Shown piece after piece: positions 43,224 through 55,344 of a stretch of DNA of 64,000 nucleotides. Made by a program: the position numbers and the translations under genes. Position 1 is the first letter of the stretch. Each line of letters begins with the position of its first letter. Source of the stretch: Gemmatimonadaceae bacterium (GTDB lineage: Bacteria > Gemmatimonadota > Gemmatimonadetes > Gemmatimonadales > Gemmatimonadaceae); assembly GCA_040901985.1 (NCBI GenBank), contig JBBDYC010000004.1:55097-119096 (forward strand), in the 5' to 3' direction. The notes beneath the pieces are model-generated. The model was not told the origin of the DNA. It saw only the letters and a list, made by a program, of their open reading frames with translations, and searched no databases.

Positions 43224-44570
43224 ATGACGGTCGTCGAACTGATCGAGCGAAAACGCGAGGGCGGCCGCCTGACCGCCGCCGAGTGGCGCCGGCTGATGAC
43301 CGGCTACGCCGCCGGCGACGTGCCGGACTACCAGATCGCCGCCCTCGCGATGGCGGTCGTCTTCCGCGGGATGGATGACGAGGAAATCGAGGGGCTGACG
43401 ACCGCCATGCTGGAGAGCGGGAGTGCGCTCGACCTCTCGCGCGTCACCCTGCCCAAGGTGGACAAGCACTCGACCGGCGGCGTCGGGGACAAGGTGTCCC
43501 TCATCCTTGCGCCACTGGTGGCGTCGTGCGGCGTGGCGGTGCCGATGATGTCGGGGCGGGGGCTCGGCCATACCGGCGGCACGCTCGACAAGCTCGAGAG
43601 CATCCCCGGCTTCCGGACGCAGCTCACGCTCGCCGAGACCTCGGCGCAGGTGGAGCGGCTGGGGGTCGCACTGATCGGCCAGTCGCGCGAGATCGCGCCG
43701 GCGGACCGCAAATTCTACGCGTTGCGCGACGCGACCGGCACCGTCGAGGCGATCCCGCTCATCGCCGCAAGCATCATGAGCAAGAAGCTCGCCGAGGGAC
43801 TGACCGGCCTCGTGCTCGACGTGAAGACGGGCGCCGGCGCCTTCATGCCGAGGCTCGACGACGCGATCCGGCTGGCCAGGACGATGATCGCGCTCGGTGC
43901 GCGCCACGACTGCCCGACGGTCGCGCTGCTCACCGATATGGACGCGCCGCTCGGCGAGGCGTGCGGGAACGCGCTCGAGGTCGAGGAATCGGTGCACGTC
44001 CTGCGCGGCGAGGGGCCGAGCGACCTGCGCGAGCTCACGTTGGCGCTGGCGACGGAGATGCTGCTCGTCGCGCACGTGGCCACGGACCGCGCGGCGGGAC
44101 GTGAGCAGGCCGAGCACGCGCTCAACAGCGGCGCGGCGTTGGCGAAGTTCAAGGCGATCGTCCAGGCGCAGGGTGGGCATCCGGGCGTGGTGGACAATCC
44201 GGTGGCGATCCTGCCGCGTGCGCCGATCCGGGAGCGGGTGGATGCCGCGCGGTCGGGGATCGTCGAGCGGGTGGAGCCGCGGGTGATCGGCCGGGCCATC
44301 ACCACGCTCGGCGGCGGGCGCACGAAAGTGGACGACCAGATAGATCCGGCGGTCGGGATCGTGCTGAAGGTACGCCCCGGGCAGCGTGTCGAGCGAGGAC
44401 AGCACGTGGCGACGATCCACGCGCGCGACGCGGAAACTCGCGCCGCCGCCGAGGACGCGCTGAAGCGCGCGATCGTGATCGGCGAGACGGCGCCGGCGCC
44501 GCGGCCGCTCATCTCCCACCGGGTGACGGCCGGGGGGGTGGAAGAATTGGCCGGTCGCGGTGCAAGTTAG
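43224..44570 (+). CDS. Thymidine / pyrimidine-nucleoside phosphorylase
   Basis: DKHSTGGVGDK, SGRGLGHTGGTLDKLESIPG and SIMSKK motifs. Confidence 0.96.
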   Translation: MTVVELIERKREGGRLTAAEWRRLMTGYAAGDVPDYQIAALAMAVVFRGMDDEEIEGLTTAMLESGSALDLSRVTLPKVDKHSTGGVGDKVSLILAPLVASCGVAVPMMSGRGLGHTGGTLDKLESIPGFRTQLTLAETSAQVERLGVALIGQSREIAPADRKFYALRDATGTVEAIPLIAASIMSKKLAEGLTGLVLDVKTGAGAFMPRLDDAIRLARTMIALGARHDCPTVALLTDMDAPLGEACGNALEVEESVHVLRGEGPSDLRELTLALATEMLLVAHVATDRAAGREQAEHALNSGAALAKFKAIVQAQGGHPGVVDNPVAILPRAPIRERVDAARSGIVERVEPRVIGRAITTLGGGRTKVDDQIDPAVGIVLKVRPGQRVERGQHVATIHARDAETRAAAEDALKRAIVIGETAPAPRPLISHRVTAGGVEELAGRGAS

Positions 44571-44573
44571 GGA

Positions 44574-44810
44574 ATGCTGAACAACATCGAGAAGCTGGCC
44601 GCCCTTGGGGCGCTGGGAGTCGCCGGCGGGTCGTTCGCCGCCTGGCTGGGATTCCTGTTCGCGATGCGCCCGGTGTCGACCGGGGGGTTCGACGCGACGT
44701 CGTTCGTTGCGCTCACGGCGGCGAGCTTCCTGGTGGTGGCGCTGATGGCCGCCGCCCACGTCTGGTTCGGGATCCAGCTGCGCCGCGGACCGGATTCGAT
44801 CCGCGGGTGA
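44574..44810 (+). CDS. Small two-TM hypothetical membrane protein
   Basis: 78 aa with two hydrophobic segments, filling the gap between the phosphorylase and gyrB. Confidence 0.65.
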   Translation: MLNNIEKLAALGALGVAGGSFAAWLGFLFAMRPVSTGGFDATSFVALTAASFLVVALMAAAHVWFGIQLRRGPDSIRG

Positions 44811-44813
44811 CGC

Positions 44814-46838
<2,025 letters not shown>

Positions 46839-46890
46839 TCAGAGGGAAAGCAACGATTTTGCGGGCCGTGCGCGCGTCGTCCACGCGCGG

Positions 46891-47211
46891 TCAGCGCAGC
46901 AGTTCCCAGCGAATCCGGCGTACCGGCGCGTGCGTCGCGCCGGCGTTGACCTTGGCGACGAGCGAGCGCTCCATCAGCGAGAGTTCGGCCATCCAGCCGT
47001 GCGTCTTCACGCCGACGACGAGCGTCCCGTCCTCGCTCACCAACCGCGGCAGCGTCACGCCGGCGATCTGCGGGCCGACGATCGCCGGCCAGGCCTCGAT
47101 CACCCAGGCGCGCGCCACATCGTCATCGAGGCCGCGCTCGGTGAGGAGCTCGGCGAGCGCGGGGGCGATCGGTCGCGGACGGTCGGCGCCCGAGCGACGC
47201 TCGCGGCTCAC
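46891..47211 (-). CDS. DUF721 / DciA family protein
   Basis: W..IVG..IA and GTLVVGV..W..EL pattern; conserved position between recF and gyrB. Confidence 0.85.
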   Translation of the reverse strand: MSRERRSGADRPRPIAPALAELLTERGLDDDVARAWVIEAWPAIVGPQIAGVTLPRLVSEDGTLVVGVKTHGWMAELSLMERSLVAKVNAGATHAPVRRIRWELLR

Positions 47212-48359
47212 GGCGAGAACACTCCGTCCCGCACGGTCCAGCGCTCGAGCCGCGTGAACTGCGCCGGGATCTCGTCCGCGCGGGGCACGCCGAGCACGCA
47301 CTGGCCCACGCCCTCGGCCTCGAGGAGCGCGAGAATCCGTTGGGTGCGCCGGCGGTCGAGCTCGGCGAACGGATCGTCGAGCAGCAGGAGCGGGATGATC
47401 CCGGTCGCCTCGCGATGGGTCGCCGCCTCGAGCATCCGCAGCACGATTGCCGCCGTGCGCTGCTGCCCCGCCGACCCGACCAGGCGGAGGTCGTGGCCGT
47501 CGAGGAGCAGGACGAGGTCGTCGCGGTGCGGGCCGGCCTGCGTCAACCCGCGGCGCAGGTCGAGCTCGCGCTGGCGCTCGAACTGCGCGGCGAGCGCGGC
47601 CCGCGGGTCGGCGTCCTCGACCGCGCTTCCGATGTAGCGCAGCTCGGCGGCGGCCGGTTCGCCGATCGCCGCTGAGCGCTCGGCGAACGCCGCCCGGTGC
47701 TCCCCGACCCACGTACGACGTCCTTCGACGAGCGCTGCGCCGTGCTCGGCGAGCGCCGGCTCCCACGCGGCCACGGCGGCGAGGTCGGTGCGCGCGCCGC
47801 CGGCACGCCGCTGCGCCGCGCGGAGCGCCGCATTGCGCCGCGCGAGCGCCGCGCGGTAGCGCCGCAACGCGTGCAGGTACGGCGCCGACGTCAGCGCGAG
47901 CGTGATGTCGAGGTACCGGCGCCGCTCGGACGGCGCGCCGGCGATCAACTCGACGTCGCGCGGCGAGAACGACACCGAGGGCAGCGCATCGAGCGCGTCG
48001 GTGAGCCGTTCCGGCTCGGCGCCGTCGAGCGTGACCTTCTTTCGGCCGGCGCGGTCCACCGCCGCGCTCACACGGTGCGCCGGCACTCCGCCAAGCGACG
48101 CCGCGACGTGGAACGCCGGCGCGTCGAACCGGATGAGGTCGCGGTCCCGCGCACCCCGGATGGACCGCAGCAATCGCAGGTACGCAATGGCCTCGGCAAG
48201 GTTGGTCTTGCCCTGGCCATTGTCGCCGACGATCGCGATCCCCTCGGCCGGGAGCGCGAGGTCGGCCTGTCGGAGGTTGCGGAAATCCCGGACAGTGAGC
48301 GCGTCGAGGCGCGCCGCCACCGCCGCCCGCGCGCCCGGCGCCACGGCCGCGTGCGCCAC
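47208..48359 (-). CDS. recF: DNA replication and repair protein RecF
   Basis: DFRN, GDNGQGKTNL, GPHRDDL, SAGQQR and LLLDDPFAELD. Start is GTG 48359 or 48320. Confidence 0.95.
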   Translation of the reverse strand: MAHAAVAPGARAAVAARLDALTVRDFRNLRQADLALPAEGIAIVGDNGQGKTNLAEAIAYLRLLRSIRGARDRDLIRFDAPAFHVAASLGGVPAHRVSAAVDRAGRKKVTLDGAEPERLTDALDALPSVSFSPRDVELIAGAPSERRRYLDITLALTSAPYLHALRRYRAALARRNAALRAAQRRAGGARTDLAAVAAWEPALAEHGAALVEGRRTWVGEHRAAFAERSAAIGEPAAAELRYIGSAVEDADPRAALAAQFERQRELDLRRGLTQAGPHRDDLVLLLDGHDLRLVGSAGQQRTAAIVLRMLEAATHREATGIIPLLLLDDPFAELDRRRTQRILALLEAEGVGQCVLGVPRADEIPAQFTRLERWTVRDGVFSP

Positions 48360-48360
48360 G

Positions 48361-49152
48361 TCAGGCTCCGCGAAACGTCGGTGCGCGCTTCTCGAGGAAG
48401 GCGGTCGTCCCCTCGCGCATGTCGGCGGAGCGCCCGACCGCCCCAAAGTGCCTTGCCTCGAGCGCGAGCGCGTCCGTGAGGGCGAGGTCGGCGCCGCCGG
48501 TCATCGTCGCAATCGCCGCCGCGAGGGCGAGCGGGCCGTTCTGCGTCATCTCCTTGGCCAGGCTGCGCGTCACGTCGAGCAGCACCTCCGCGGGATAGAC
48601 CGCGTTCGCCAGTCCCATCGCCAGCGCCGCGTCGGCGTCCACCATCGCCCCGGTGAGGATCATCTGCATCGCCCGCCCGAGCCCGACGAGCCGTGGCAGG
48701 CGCTGCGTGCCGCCATAGCCGGGAATCAGGCCGAGCTTCACCTCCGGGAGCCCGAATTTGGCGGTCGAGCTGGCGATCCTGAGGTGGCAGGCCAGTGCGA
48801 GTTCACAGCCGCCGCCGAGCGCGAAGCCGTTGACCGCCGCGATGACCGGCTTCGGCGAACGCTCGATGCGTGTGAAGACCTCCTGGCCGAACATCGCGGT
48901 CGCCTCGAGGCCCGCCGGCGTCTCGGCGGCTGCCGAGACCTCGGCAATGTCGGCGCCGGCCACGAAGGCCCGGCCGGCGCCGGTGAGGATGATCGCGCCC
49001 ACCTGCTCGCGCCCGGCCAGCTCGCTGAACATCCGATCGAGTTCGCCGATCACCCTCGCATTGAGCGCGTTGAGCTTGTCGGGCCGGTTGATCGTGACCG
49101 TCGCGACGCGGTCGGAGATCTCGAGGAGGAGGAACTCGAATGGGGCGGTCAT
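48361..49152 (-). CDS. Enoyl-CoA hydratase / crotonase
   Basis: NRPDKLNAL, AFVAGADI, GGGCELA and FGLPEVKLGLIPGYGGTQRL. Confidence 0.94.
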   Translation of the reverse strand: MTAPFEFLLLEISDRVATVTINRPDKLNALNARVIGELDRMFSELAGREQVGAIILTGAGRAFVAGADIAEVSAAAETPAGLEATAMFGQEVFTRIERSPKPVIAAVNGFALGGGCELALACHLRIASSTAKFGLPEVKLGLIPGYGGTQRLPRLVGLGRAMQMILTGAMVDADAALAMGLANAVYPAEVLLDVTRSLAKEMTQNGPLALAAAIATMTGGADLALTDALALEARHFGAVGRSADMREGTTAFLEKRAPTFRGA

Positions 49153-49264
49153 CGGGGCTCGGCGGTTGGCGTGGCGCCTGCAATCTAGCGCCTTGCCGGC
49201 GTCGGGATCGACCGCGGCGTGGCGCGCGCTCGACGCCGCCGAGCCCGCTTCGTAGTTTCCGGCT

Positions 49265-50752
49265 ATGCGTCACGTCCTCGCCCTCGACGAAGGCACCACC
49301 GGTACCACGGCGCTCATCCTCGCCGCCGACGGGCGGGTCGTGGGCCGCGGCTATCGCGAGATCGCACAGCACTTTCCCCAGCCGGGATGGGTGGAACACG
49401 ACGCCGACGAGATCTTTGTCCGGACGATCGAGGCGACGCGAGACGCGCTCGCCGAGGCCAAGGTCGTGCCCGATGCGATCGGCATCACGAACCAGCGCGA
49501 GACGGTGTTGCTCTGGGATCGCGCGACCGGGAGGCCGCTGAGCAAGGCAATCGTCTGGCAGGACCGGCGGACGACGGCGCGCTGTGAGGCGCTGCGCGAT
49601 GCCGGCGAGGACGCGGCGATCCGCGCGACGACCGGGTTGGTCATCGACCCTTATTTCACTGCGACCAAGCTGGAATGGCTGCTCAAGCATCACGCCGCCG
49701 AGCTGCGCGGAGGTGCCGGAAAGTTCGCCGCCGGCACGATTGACAGCTGGCTGATCTGGAAGCTCACGAATGGTGCCGTCCACGCGACCGACCCGACGAA
49801 CGCGTCGCGGACAATGCTCTTTGACATCAACGAGCGGCGGTGGAGCGAGCGGCTCTGCGCGCTCTTCGGCGTTCCGATGGAGCTGTTGCCGGAGGTGCGC
49901 GCCTCGTCGGGCGACTTCGGCGTGACAGCGAAGGAGCACCTTGGGGTGGCCATCCCGATCCGCGGCGTGGCGGGCGACCAGCAGGCCGCGCTCTTCGGAC
50001 AGGGGTGCTGGGAGAGCGGGCAGAGCAAGAACACCTACGGCACCGGCGCCTTCCTGCTGCTCAACACGGGAACGGAGCGGCCGGCAGGCGGGAAGGGAAT
50101 CCTGACGACGCTGGCCAGCGATGCAACCGGGCAGAGTGTCTATGCGCTCGAGGCGAGCATCTTCATTGCCGGGGCGGCGGTGCAGTGGCTGCGCGACGGA
50201 CTCGGCCTGGTGGCCAGCGCCGCCGAGACGGAGGAGATGGCGCGCGCGCTGGAGTCGAACGAGGGGGTCTATTTCGTGCCCGCGCTGACCGGCCTCGGGG
50301 CGCCGCACTGGGAACCAGAGGCGCGGGGCACGATCGTCGGGCTCACGCGCGGGACGACGGGTGCGCACGTCGTCCGTGCGGCGCTCGAGGCGATGGCGTA
50401 CGGCACTGCCGACGTGCTCACCGCGATGCGCGAGGCGAGCGGTGCGGCGCTCGACGTGCTGCGCGTGGATGGCGGCGCCGCGCAGAACGATTGGTTGATG
50501 CAGTTCCAGGCCGACGTGCTCGGCGTCCCGGTGGAGCGACCCGACCTGGTCGAGACGACCGCCCTCGGCGCGGCGGGACTCGCAGGAATCGCCGCCGACG
50601 TCTGGCCGAACGCGGCGGCGTTCACGGCCTCGCGGACCTTCGAACGCTTCGCGCCGGCGTCGGCGCCGAATGTCGCGCGCGCCGGATTGCGCGGCTGGCA
50701 ACGTGCGGTGCGCACCGCCGTGCATTGGGCGCGAGACGGGGAAGCGGAATGA
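49265..50752 (+). CDS. glpK: Glycerol kinase
   Basis: DEGTTG, GITNQRET, WQDRR, GDQQAALFGQ and KNTYGTG. Confidence 0.96.
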   Translation: MRHVLALDEGTTGTTALILAADGRVVGRGYREIAQHFPQPGWVEHDADEIFVRTIEATRDALAEAKVVPDAIGITNQRETVLLWDRATGRPLSKAIVWQDRRTTARCEALRDAGEDAAIRATTGLVIDPYFTATKLEWLLKHHAAELRGGAGKFAAGTIDSWLIWKLTNGAVHATDPTNASRTMLFDINERRWSERLCALFGVPMELLPEVRASSGDFGVTAKEHLGVAIPIRGVAGDQQAALFGQGCWESGQSKNTYGTGAFLLLNTGTERPAGGKGILTTLASDATGQSVYALEASIFIAGAAVQWLRDGLGLVASAAETEEMARALESNEGVYFVPALTGLGAPHWEPEARGTIVGLTRGTTGAHVVRAALEAMAYGTADVLTAMREASGAALDVLRVDGGAAQNDWLMQFQADVLGVPVERPDLVETTALGAAGLAGIAADVWPNAAAFTASRTFERFAPASAPNVARAGLRGWQRAVRTAVHWARDGEAE

Positions 50753-51081
50753 AGTTCGCGTTCGTCTTCGTCCTCGGGTCGTTCACGCTCGGCGGTCCGC
50801 CCGAACGCGCGGACGCGCGCGACGAATGGCTGGCGCGCGACAAGGTGAAGCACTTTGTCGTCTCCGCCGTGATCCAGGGCGTCGGCCACAGCGTGTTGCG
50901 GGCCAACGGGTCCGAGTACCGCGAGGCCGCGTGGACGGCGGGGGCGATCACGCTCGGCGCGGGCGTGGGAAAGGAGCTCTGGGACCGCAGCCGCGGGCGT
51001 CCCTTCTCGTGGAGAGACCTCGGAGCCGACGCAGTGGGTGGAGGGACCGGCGCGGTCGTAATCCGTCAGGTCGCGCCGTGA
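50749..51081 (+). CDS. YfiM/DUF2279-like small membrane protein
   Basis: W..DKVKHF, GKELWD and FSWRDL.AD motifs. ATGA-coupled to glpK. Confidence 0.75.
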   Translation: MKFAFVFVLGSFTLGGPPERADARDEWLARDKVKHFVVSAVIQGVGHSVLRANGSEYREAAWTAGAITLGAGVGKELWDRSRGRPFSWRDLGADAVGGGTGAVVIRQVAP

Positions 51082-51105
51082 GCGTGGATCGCAACCACTG
51101 ATGCC

Positions 51106-52623
51106 GTGATTCGCATTGGAGAGGTGTCGCTCTGGATCGCGTTGCCGGTGTGCGCGTGGTCCGTCGCCCTCTCATTCGCCGGCGGCTGGCTGCAGCGAGC
51201 TGATTTGGCGACGAGCGGGGCGCGCGGCCTCTACCTCGGCGCCGTGTCCATCGCGCTGGCCGCACTCGGGCTTTGGACCGCGCTCGCCACCGGCGACGTC
51301 TCGCTCCGCTACGTCGCAACGTTCACGAGCCTTGAGCTGCCCGTCGTCTACCGGCTCGCGGCGTTCTGGGCGGGCGGGGCGGGCTCGATGCTCTTCGCCT
51401 CCCTCGCGCTCGTGGGCTGCGCGGCGCTGGCCACGTGGAAGGGTCGCGCCACCCACGGTCCGCTGATGCCCTGGGTCACCGGAACAACTGCCGCCATCGT
51501 GCTCGTCGTCGTCGCCGCGACGGTGCTCACCACCGACCCGTTTGCGCGGCTCGAGTGGATCCCGACCGACGGGCGTGGGCTCGATCCGCTCCTGCAGCAC
51601 CCGGCGATGGCGCTCCATCCGCCAGTGCTCCACCTCGGCTACGCCGCCACGGCGATCCCGTTTGCCTTCGTGGTGGCCGCGCTGGTCACGGGACGGCTGG
51701 ACGTCGTGTGGCGCGGCACGGTCCGAAACTGGACGCTCATCGGCTGGGTCGTCCTGACGATCGCAATCGTGCTCGGCATCTGGTGGGCCTATGATGCGGA
51801 GGGTGGCGCTGGTTCCTGGCAGTGGGACCCGGTCCGGAACAGGTCGCTGTGGCCGTGGCTGACGAGCTCGACGCTGCTGCATCTGACCTTGGCTGAGGAG
51901 CAGCACGGATGGTTACGCAGGGTTTCCGTCGGACTGGTCATTGCGACCTTCCTCCTCGCCGGCGTCGGTTCCGCCGTTGCGCTCGGCGGCGCGACCAGGT
52001 CAGCCCCAACATTCGGTGTCGGCGGATGGCTCGTCTGGTCCCTTGCCGTTGCGCTCGTCACCTCCGTCGCGCTGGTGGCGCTCCGATGGCAGTCCCTTGG
52101 GCTGCACCCGGACGCCGAGGGCGTCCCGGCGCCCCGGCGCCGGCCCCTCGGCGCCCACTTCGCGCACGCCGGCGCGGTGATACTCCTCGCGGCGCTCGCC
52201 GGGACGGCCGTCCGGGAGGAGCACGAGGTGACGCTGGCGGACGGCGGGCGCTTAGAGACGACCGACCCATACGGGCGCGCGTGGACGTTCACCAGCGACG
52301 GGATGTCGCGCTACGCCACCGTGGGCCGCGAGGTCGTTGCCATCGCGCTCGTTCCCGCAAGGGAGGGACGCGTGTTCCCCGTGCTGACGAGCGAGTTGCG
52401 GGAGCACTTCGACTCGCACGGCCACTTGGCCTTCCCCCCGACGACCGGCGTCGGGACCTCGACGACGATCCTGCAGGACGTGACACTTGCCCTCGAGCGG
52501 ACCATCGGTGATCGCGCGGTCGTCCGGGTCGCCTTCAATCCGCTGGCGGCGTGGGTCTGGGTCGGTGGTGGCCTGATGGCGATCGGGGGCCTGCTCGCGC
52601 TCAGCGGCCGCGTGGCGCGCTGA
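51106..52623 (+). CDS. CcmF/NrfE-like cytochrome c assembly protein, shortened and degenerate
   Basis: W.G..GSML, GRGLDPLLQ, HPPVLHLGY, WAY......W.WDPV.N.SL.PWL and NP....VW.GG motifs. Confidence 0.82.
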   Translation: MIRIGEVSLWIALPVCAWSVALSFAGGWLQRADLATSGARGLYLGAVSIALAALGLWTALATGDVSLRYVATFTSLELPVVYRLAAFWAGGAGSMLFASLALVGCAALATWKGRATHGPLMPWVTGTTAAIVLVVVAATVLTTDPFARLEWIPTDGRGLDPLLQHPAMALHPPVLHLGYAATAIPFAFVVAALVTGRLDVVWRGTVRNWTLIGWVVLTIAIVLGIWWAYDAEGGAGSWQWDPVRNRSLWPWLTSSTLLHLTLAEEQHGWLRRVSVGLVIATFLLAGVGSAVALGGATRSAPTFGVGGWLVWSLAVALVTSVALVALRWQSLGLHPDAEGVPAPRRRPLGAHFAHAGAVILLAALAGTAVREEHEVTLADGGRLETTDPYGRAWTFTSDGMSRYATVGREVVAIALVPAREGRVFPVLTSELREHFDSHGHLAFPPTTGVGTSTTILQDVTLALERTIGDRAVVRVAFNPLAAWVWVGGGLMAIGGLLALSGRVAR

Positions 52624-53905
52624 GCCAGTCCAGCGCCAGCGACGCCATCGTCCGCACTCCGACCGGCAACGCCCCCTCGTCGGCGAAAAAGAGCGGCGAG
52701 TGGTTCGCGGGCACGGTGCGCCAGTCCTGGTCCCGCGGCGTGACGCCGAGGAAGACGAAGAGTCCCGGCACGCGCTCCTGGAAGTAGGAGAAATCCTCGG
52801 CCCCCGTGCGGAGCGGAACGACCGAGACGTTCTCCGCCCCCGCCACGCGGCGGAGCGTCGGCAGCATCTGCGCGGTGAGCGCCTCGTCGTTGCGTGTCAC
52901 CGAGTAGCCGGAGTCAATCCGCACGACGGCGCTCGCGCCCGACGACGCGGCGATCTGCTCGACCGTGCGGATGATCCGACGGAAGATCTCGGCGCGCTGC
53001 TCGAGCTCAAAGGTGCGGATGGTGCCGATCATCACGACGCTGTCGGGGATGATGTTGGACCGGATGCCGCCATTGATGGCGCCGACGGTGACGATTGCCG
53101 GCACCTCGGTGATGTCCGTCTGCCGGCTGATGATTGTCTGCAGTCCCAGAATGACCTGCGCACTCGCCACGATCGGATCCACGCCGTCCCAGGGCCGCGC
53201 GCCGTGCGACTGGCGGCCGTGCACGGTGACGGTGAACGAGTTCGACGCGGCCATCGTCGGTCCGGGGCGATAGGTCAGGGCGCCGACCGGGCCGGGTCCG
53301 ACGTGGAGTCCGAAGATCGCCTCGACCTTCGGGTCGTCGAACACGCCATCACGGAGCATCCGCTCGGCGCCGCCGCCGCCGTCGGGATGCCCTTCCTCGG
53401 CGGGCTGGAAGATGAAGACCACCGTGCCGGAGAGCCGTGCCCGCATGGCCGTGAGGACCTCCGCGGCGCCCATCAGGATTGCCACGTGGTTGTCGTGGCC
53501 GCAGGCGTGCATCACGCCCACCTCCTGGCCGCGGAAGGTCGCGCGCTCGCGCGAGCGGAACGGCAGGTCCACCAGTTCGGTCACCGGGAGCCCATCCATA
53601 TCGGCGCGGAGCGCTACCACCCGGCCGGGGCGCCCACCGCGCAAGATGCCGACCACGCCGTGGCCGCCGACGCCCGTCCGGACCTCGAGGCCGAGCGCGC
53701 GCAGGTGCGTGGCGACAAGCGCCGCCGTGCGGGCTTCCTCGCCCGAGAGCTCGGGGTGCTGGTGGATGTCACGACGCCACGCCACGACCTTGCCGTTCAC
53801 CTCGACGGCGCGGCGGTCAATCTCCTGTTGGAGGGCGTTCTGGGCGCCAAGGGGCGCGGCAGCGACGAGCAGTGCGGCGGCGAACAGCAGGCGGATGGGT
53901 GTCAT
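52601..53905 (-). CDS. Exported M20 family amidohydrolase
   Basis: Signal peptide, HQHPEL, LRADMDGLP, MHACGHD, FQPAEEG and AEDFS. Start ATG 53905. Confidence 0.93.
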   Translation of the reverse strand: MTPIRLLFAAALLVAAAPLGAQNALQQEIDRRAVEVNGKVVAWRRDIHQHPELSGEEARTAALVATHLRALGLEVRTGVGGHGVVGILRGGRPGRVVALRADMDGLPVTELVDLPFRSRERATFRGQEVGVMHACGHDNHVAILMGAAEVLTAMRARLSGTVVFIFQPAEEGHPDGGGGAERMLRDGVFDDPKVEAIFGLHVGPGPVGALTYRPGPTMAASNSFTVTVHGRQSHGARPWDGVDPIVASAQVILGLQTIISRQTDITEVPAIVTVGAINGGIRSNIIPDSVVMIGTIRTFELEQRAEIFRRIIRTVEQIAASSGASAVVRIDSGYSVTRNDEALTAQMLPTLRRVAGAENVSVVPLRTGAEDFSYFQERVPGLFVFLGVTPRDQDWRTVPANHSPLFFADEGALPVGVRTMASLALDWLSAPRGR

Positions 53906-53924
53906 GACGCTGATATTATCCGAT

Positions 53925-55232
53925 TCACGCCGGACGGGCGAGTGCTGACGGCAGCCGAAGCGGCGTGCGCCCGTCGTCGGCGATGGCCGCCGCCACGTCG
54001 GCGGCCGTGCGCGCGGCGCTTTCAAGCAGGGGAATCCCCGGCCCGAGGTAGGAGCCGCAGAACCAGAGGCGACGGCCCGGCTGCTCCTGTAACTGGCGCA
54101 CGGCGCGCGCGGCCTCGACCGACGCCGCGTTGACGACGGGCCGCTCGAACCAGGCGTGCGCGTGGACCGAGTCCGCGCGCGGCTCCACGATCGGGTTCCA
54201 GGTCTGGAACACCGGCGACCGGTCACGCAGGCCGGGCTGGACCCGGTTCATCCAGATCGTCGCCATCGGTTTGTCGTGGGCGTCGCTGCAGATCAGGTTC
54301 ACCGGCGCCCAGTGCCGCCGATCACGCGGCGCGAGGCGGGGGTCGGTGTGGACGACCACCGCGCTGCGCTCGTAGGCGAACCGCTCCAGCGCCTCGCGTT
54401 CCCGTCGGTGCGTCTGCTCGAGTAACGGTGCGGCCTGATTGGCCTGCGCGGCAATCACGACGTGGTCGAACTGCTGCTCCCCGCCGGCCCACTGCACCCG
54501 CATCCGACGGCCGGCTGGCGCCACGCCGCGCACCTCGACCCCACATCGCACCTCGGCCAGCGGCTCGGTCAGTCGCTTCACGACCTCGCGCGTGCCGAGC
54601 ACGACGCGCCGTACGCCGCCGAACGTCAGCCCACGCATGAGGTAGTCGAGGATCACGCGCGCCGGGTAGGCGCGCACGGCAGCGGAGCTACAGGTGCAGA
54701 CCGCCGCAAACGCCGGAACGAGGAACCCCTCGGCGAACTCCGCGCCAATCCGCGTCCGGTCGAGCCAGCTCCCGAGCGGCTCATCGCTCTCGCCGAGCCG
54801 CCGGCCGGCGGCGGACGCGACCGCGTAGAAGCGCAGCAGGTCCCGGTTGATCCGGAGCGCCGTGGCGCCCAGCGGGAAGGCCGGCAACGGGATGGAGCGG
54901 CCGCCGACGAGCCAGTTGGCGTAGCGGTAGTACGTGTCGCCGCCAAGTCGGCTGAACGAGCCGGCGTAGTTGGTCCGCTCCAGCTGCACGCCTAGACTGT
55001 GGTAGAGCGCGATCAGGGTCGGGTAGTATCCCTCATAGAGTACCCGCAACGGCACGTCCACCCGCCAGCGCTCGCCCTCGTGGGCGAGGTCTATGGAGTG
55101 GGCGTCCATCCCCGCCACCGCGTGCTTCTCCATCAGCGTGACCCGGTGGCGGGCACTGAGCCGCCAGGCCACGGAGAGCCCCGCGATCCCGCCGCCGACC
55201 ACCGCAATCTCCAGGCCCGTCCGCTCGCTCAC
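53925..55232 (-). CDS. FAD-dependent oxidoreductase (COG2907-like amine-oxidase fold)
   Basis: IAVVGGGIAGL, FDHVVIA, LHTD-like VHTD, WMNRVQ and LWFCGSY. Start GTG 55232. Confidence 0.85.
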   Translation of the reverse strand: MSERTGLEIAVVGGGIAGLSVAWRLSARHRVTLMEKHAVAGMDAHSIDLAHEGERWRVDVPLRVLYEGYYPTLIALYHSLGVQLERTNYAGSFSRLGGDTYYRYANWLVGGRSIPLPAFPLGATALRINRDLLRFYAVASAAGRRLGESDEPLGSWLDRTRIGAEFAEGFLVPAFAAVCTCSSAAVRAYPARVILDYLMRGLTFGGVRRVVLGTREVVKRLTEPLAEVRCGVEVRGVAPAGRRMRVQWAGGEQQFDHVVIAAQANQAAPLLEQTHRREREALERFAYERSAVVVHTDPRLAPRDRRHWAPVNLICSDAHDKPMATIWMNRVQPGLRDRSPVFQTWNPIVEPRADSVHAHAWFERPVVNAASVEAARAVRQLQEQPGRRLWFCGSYLGPGIPLLESAARTAADVAAAIADDGRTPLRLPSALARPA

Positions 55233-55344
55233 GCCACTCCTCGCTCGTGGTCCATTGCTTCGGGGAAGATGGCCCCGGCTCGGGAGAGGCGGTAGCCGCG
55301 TCGGACTCGTACATTGTGGTCGTGACTCCCCCTTTGCCCGGCCG

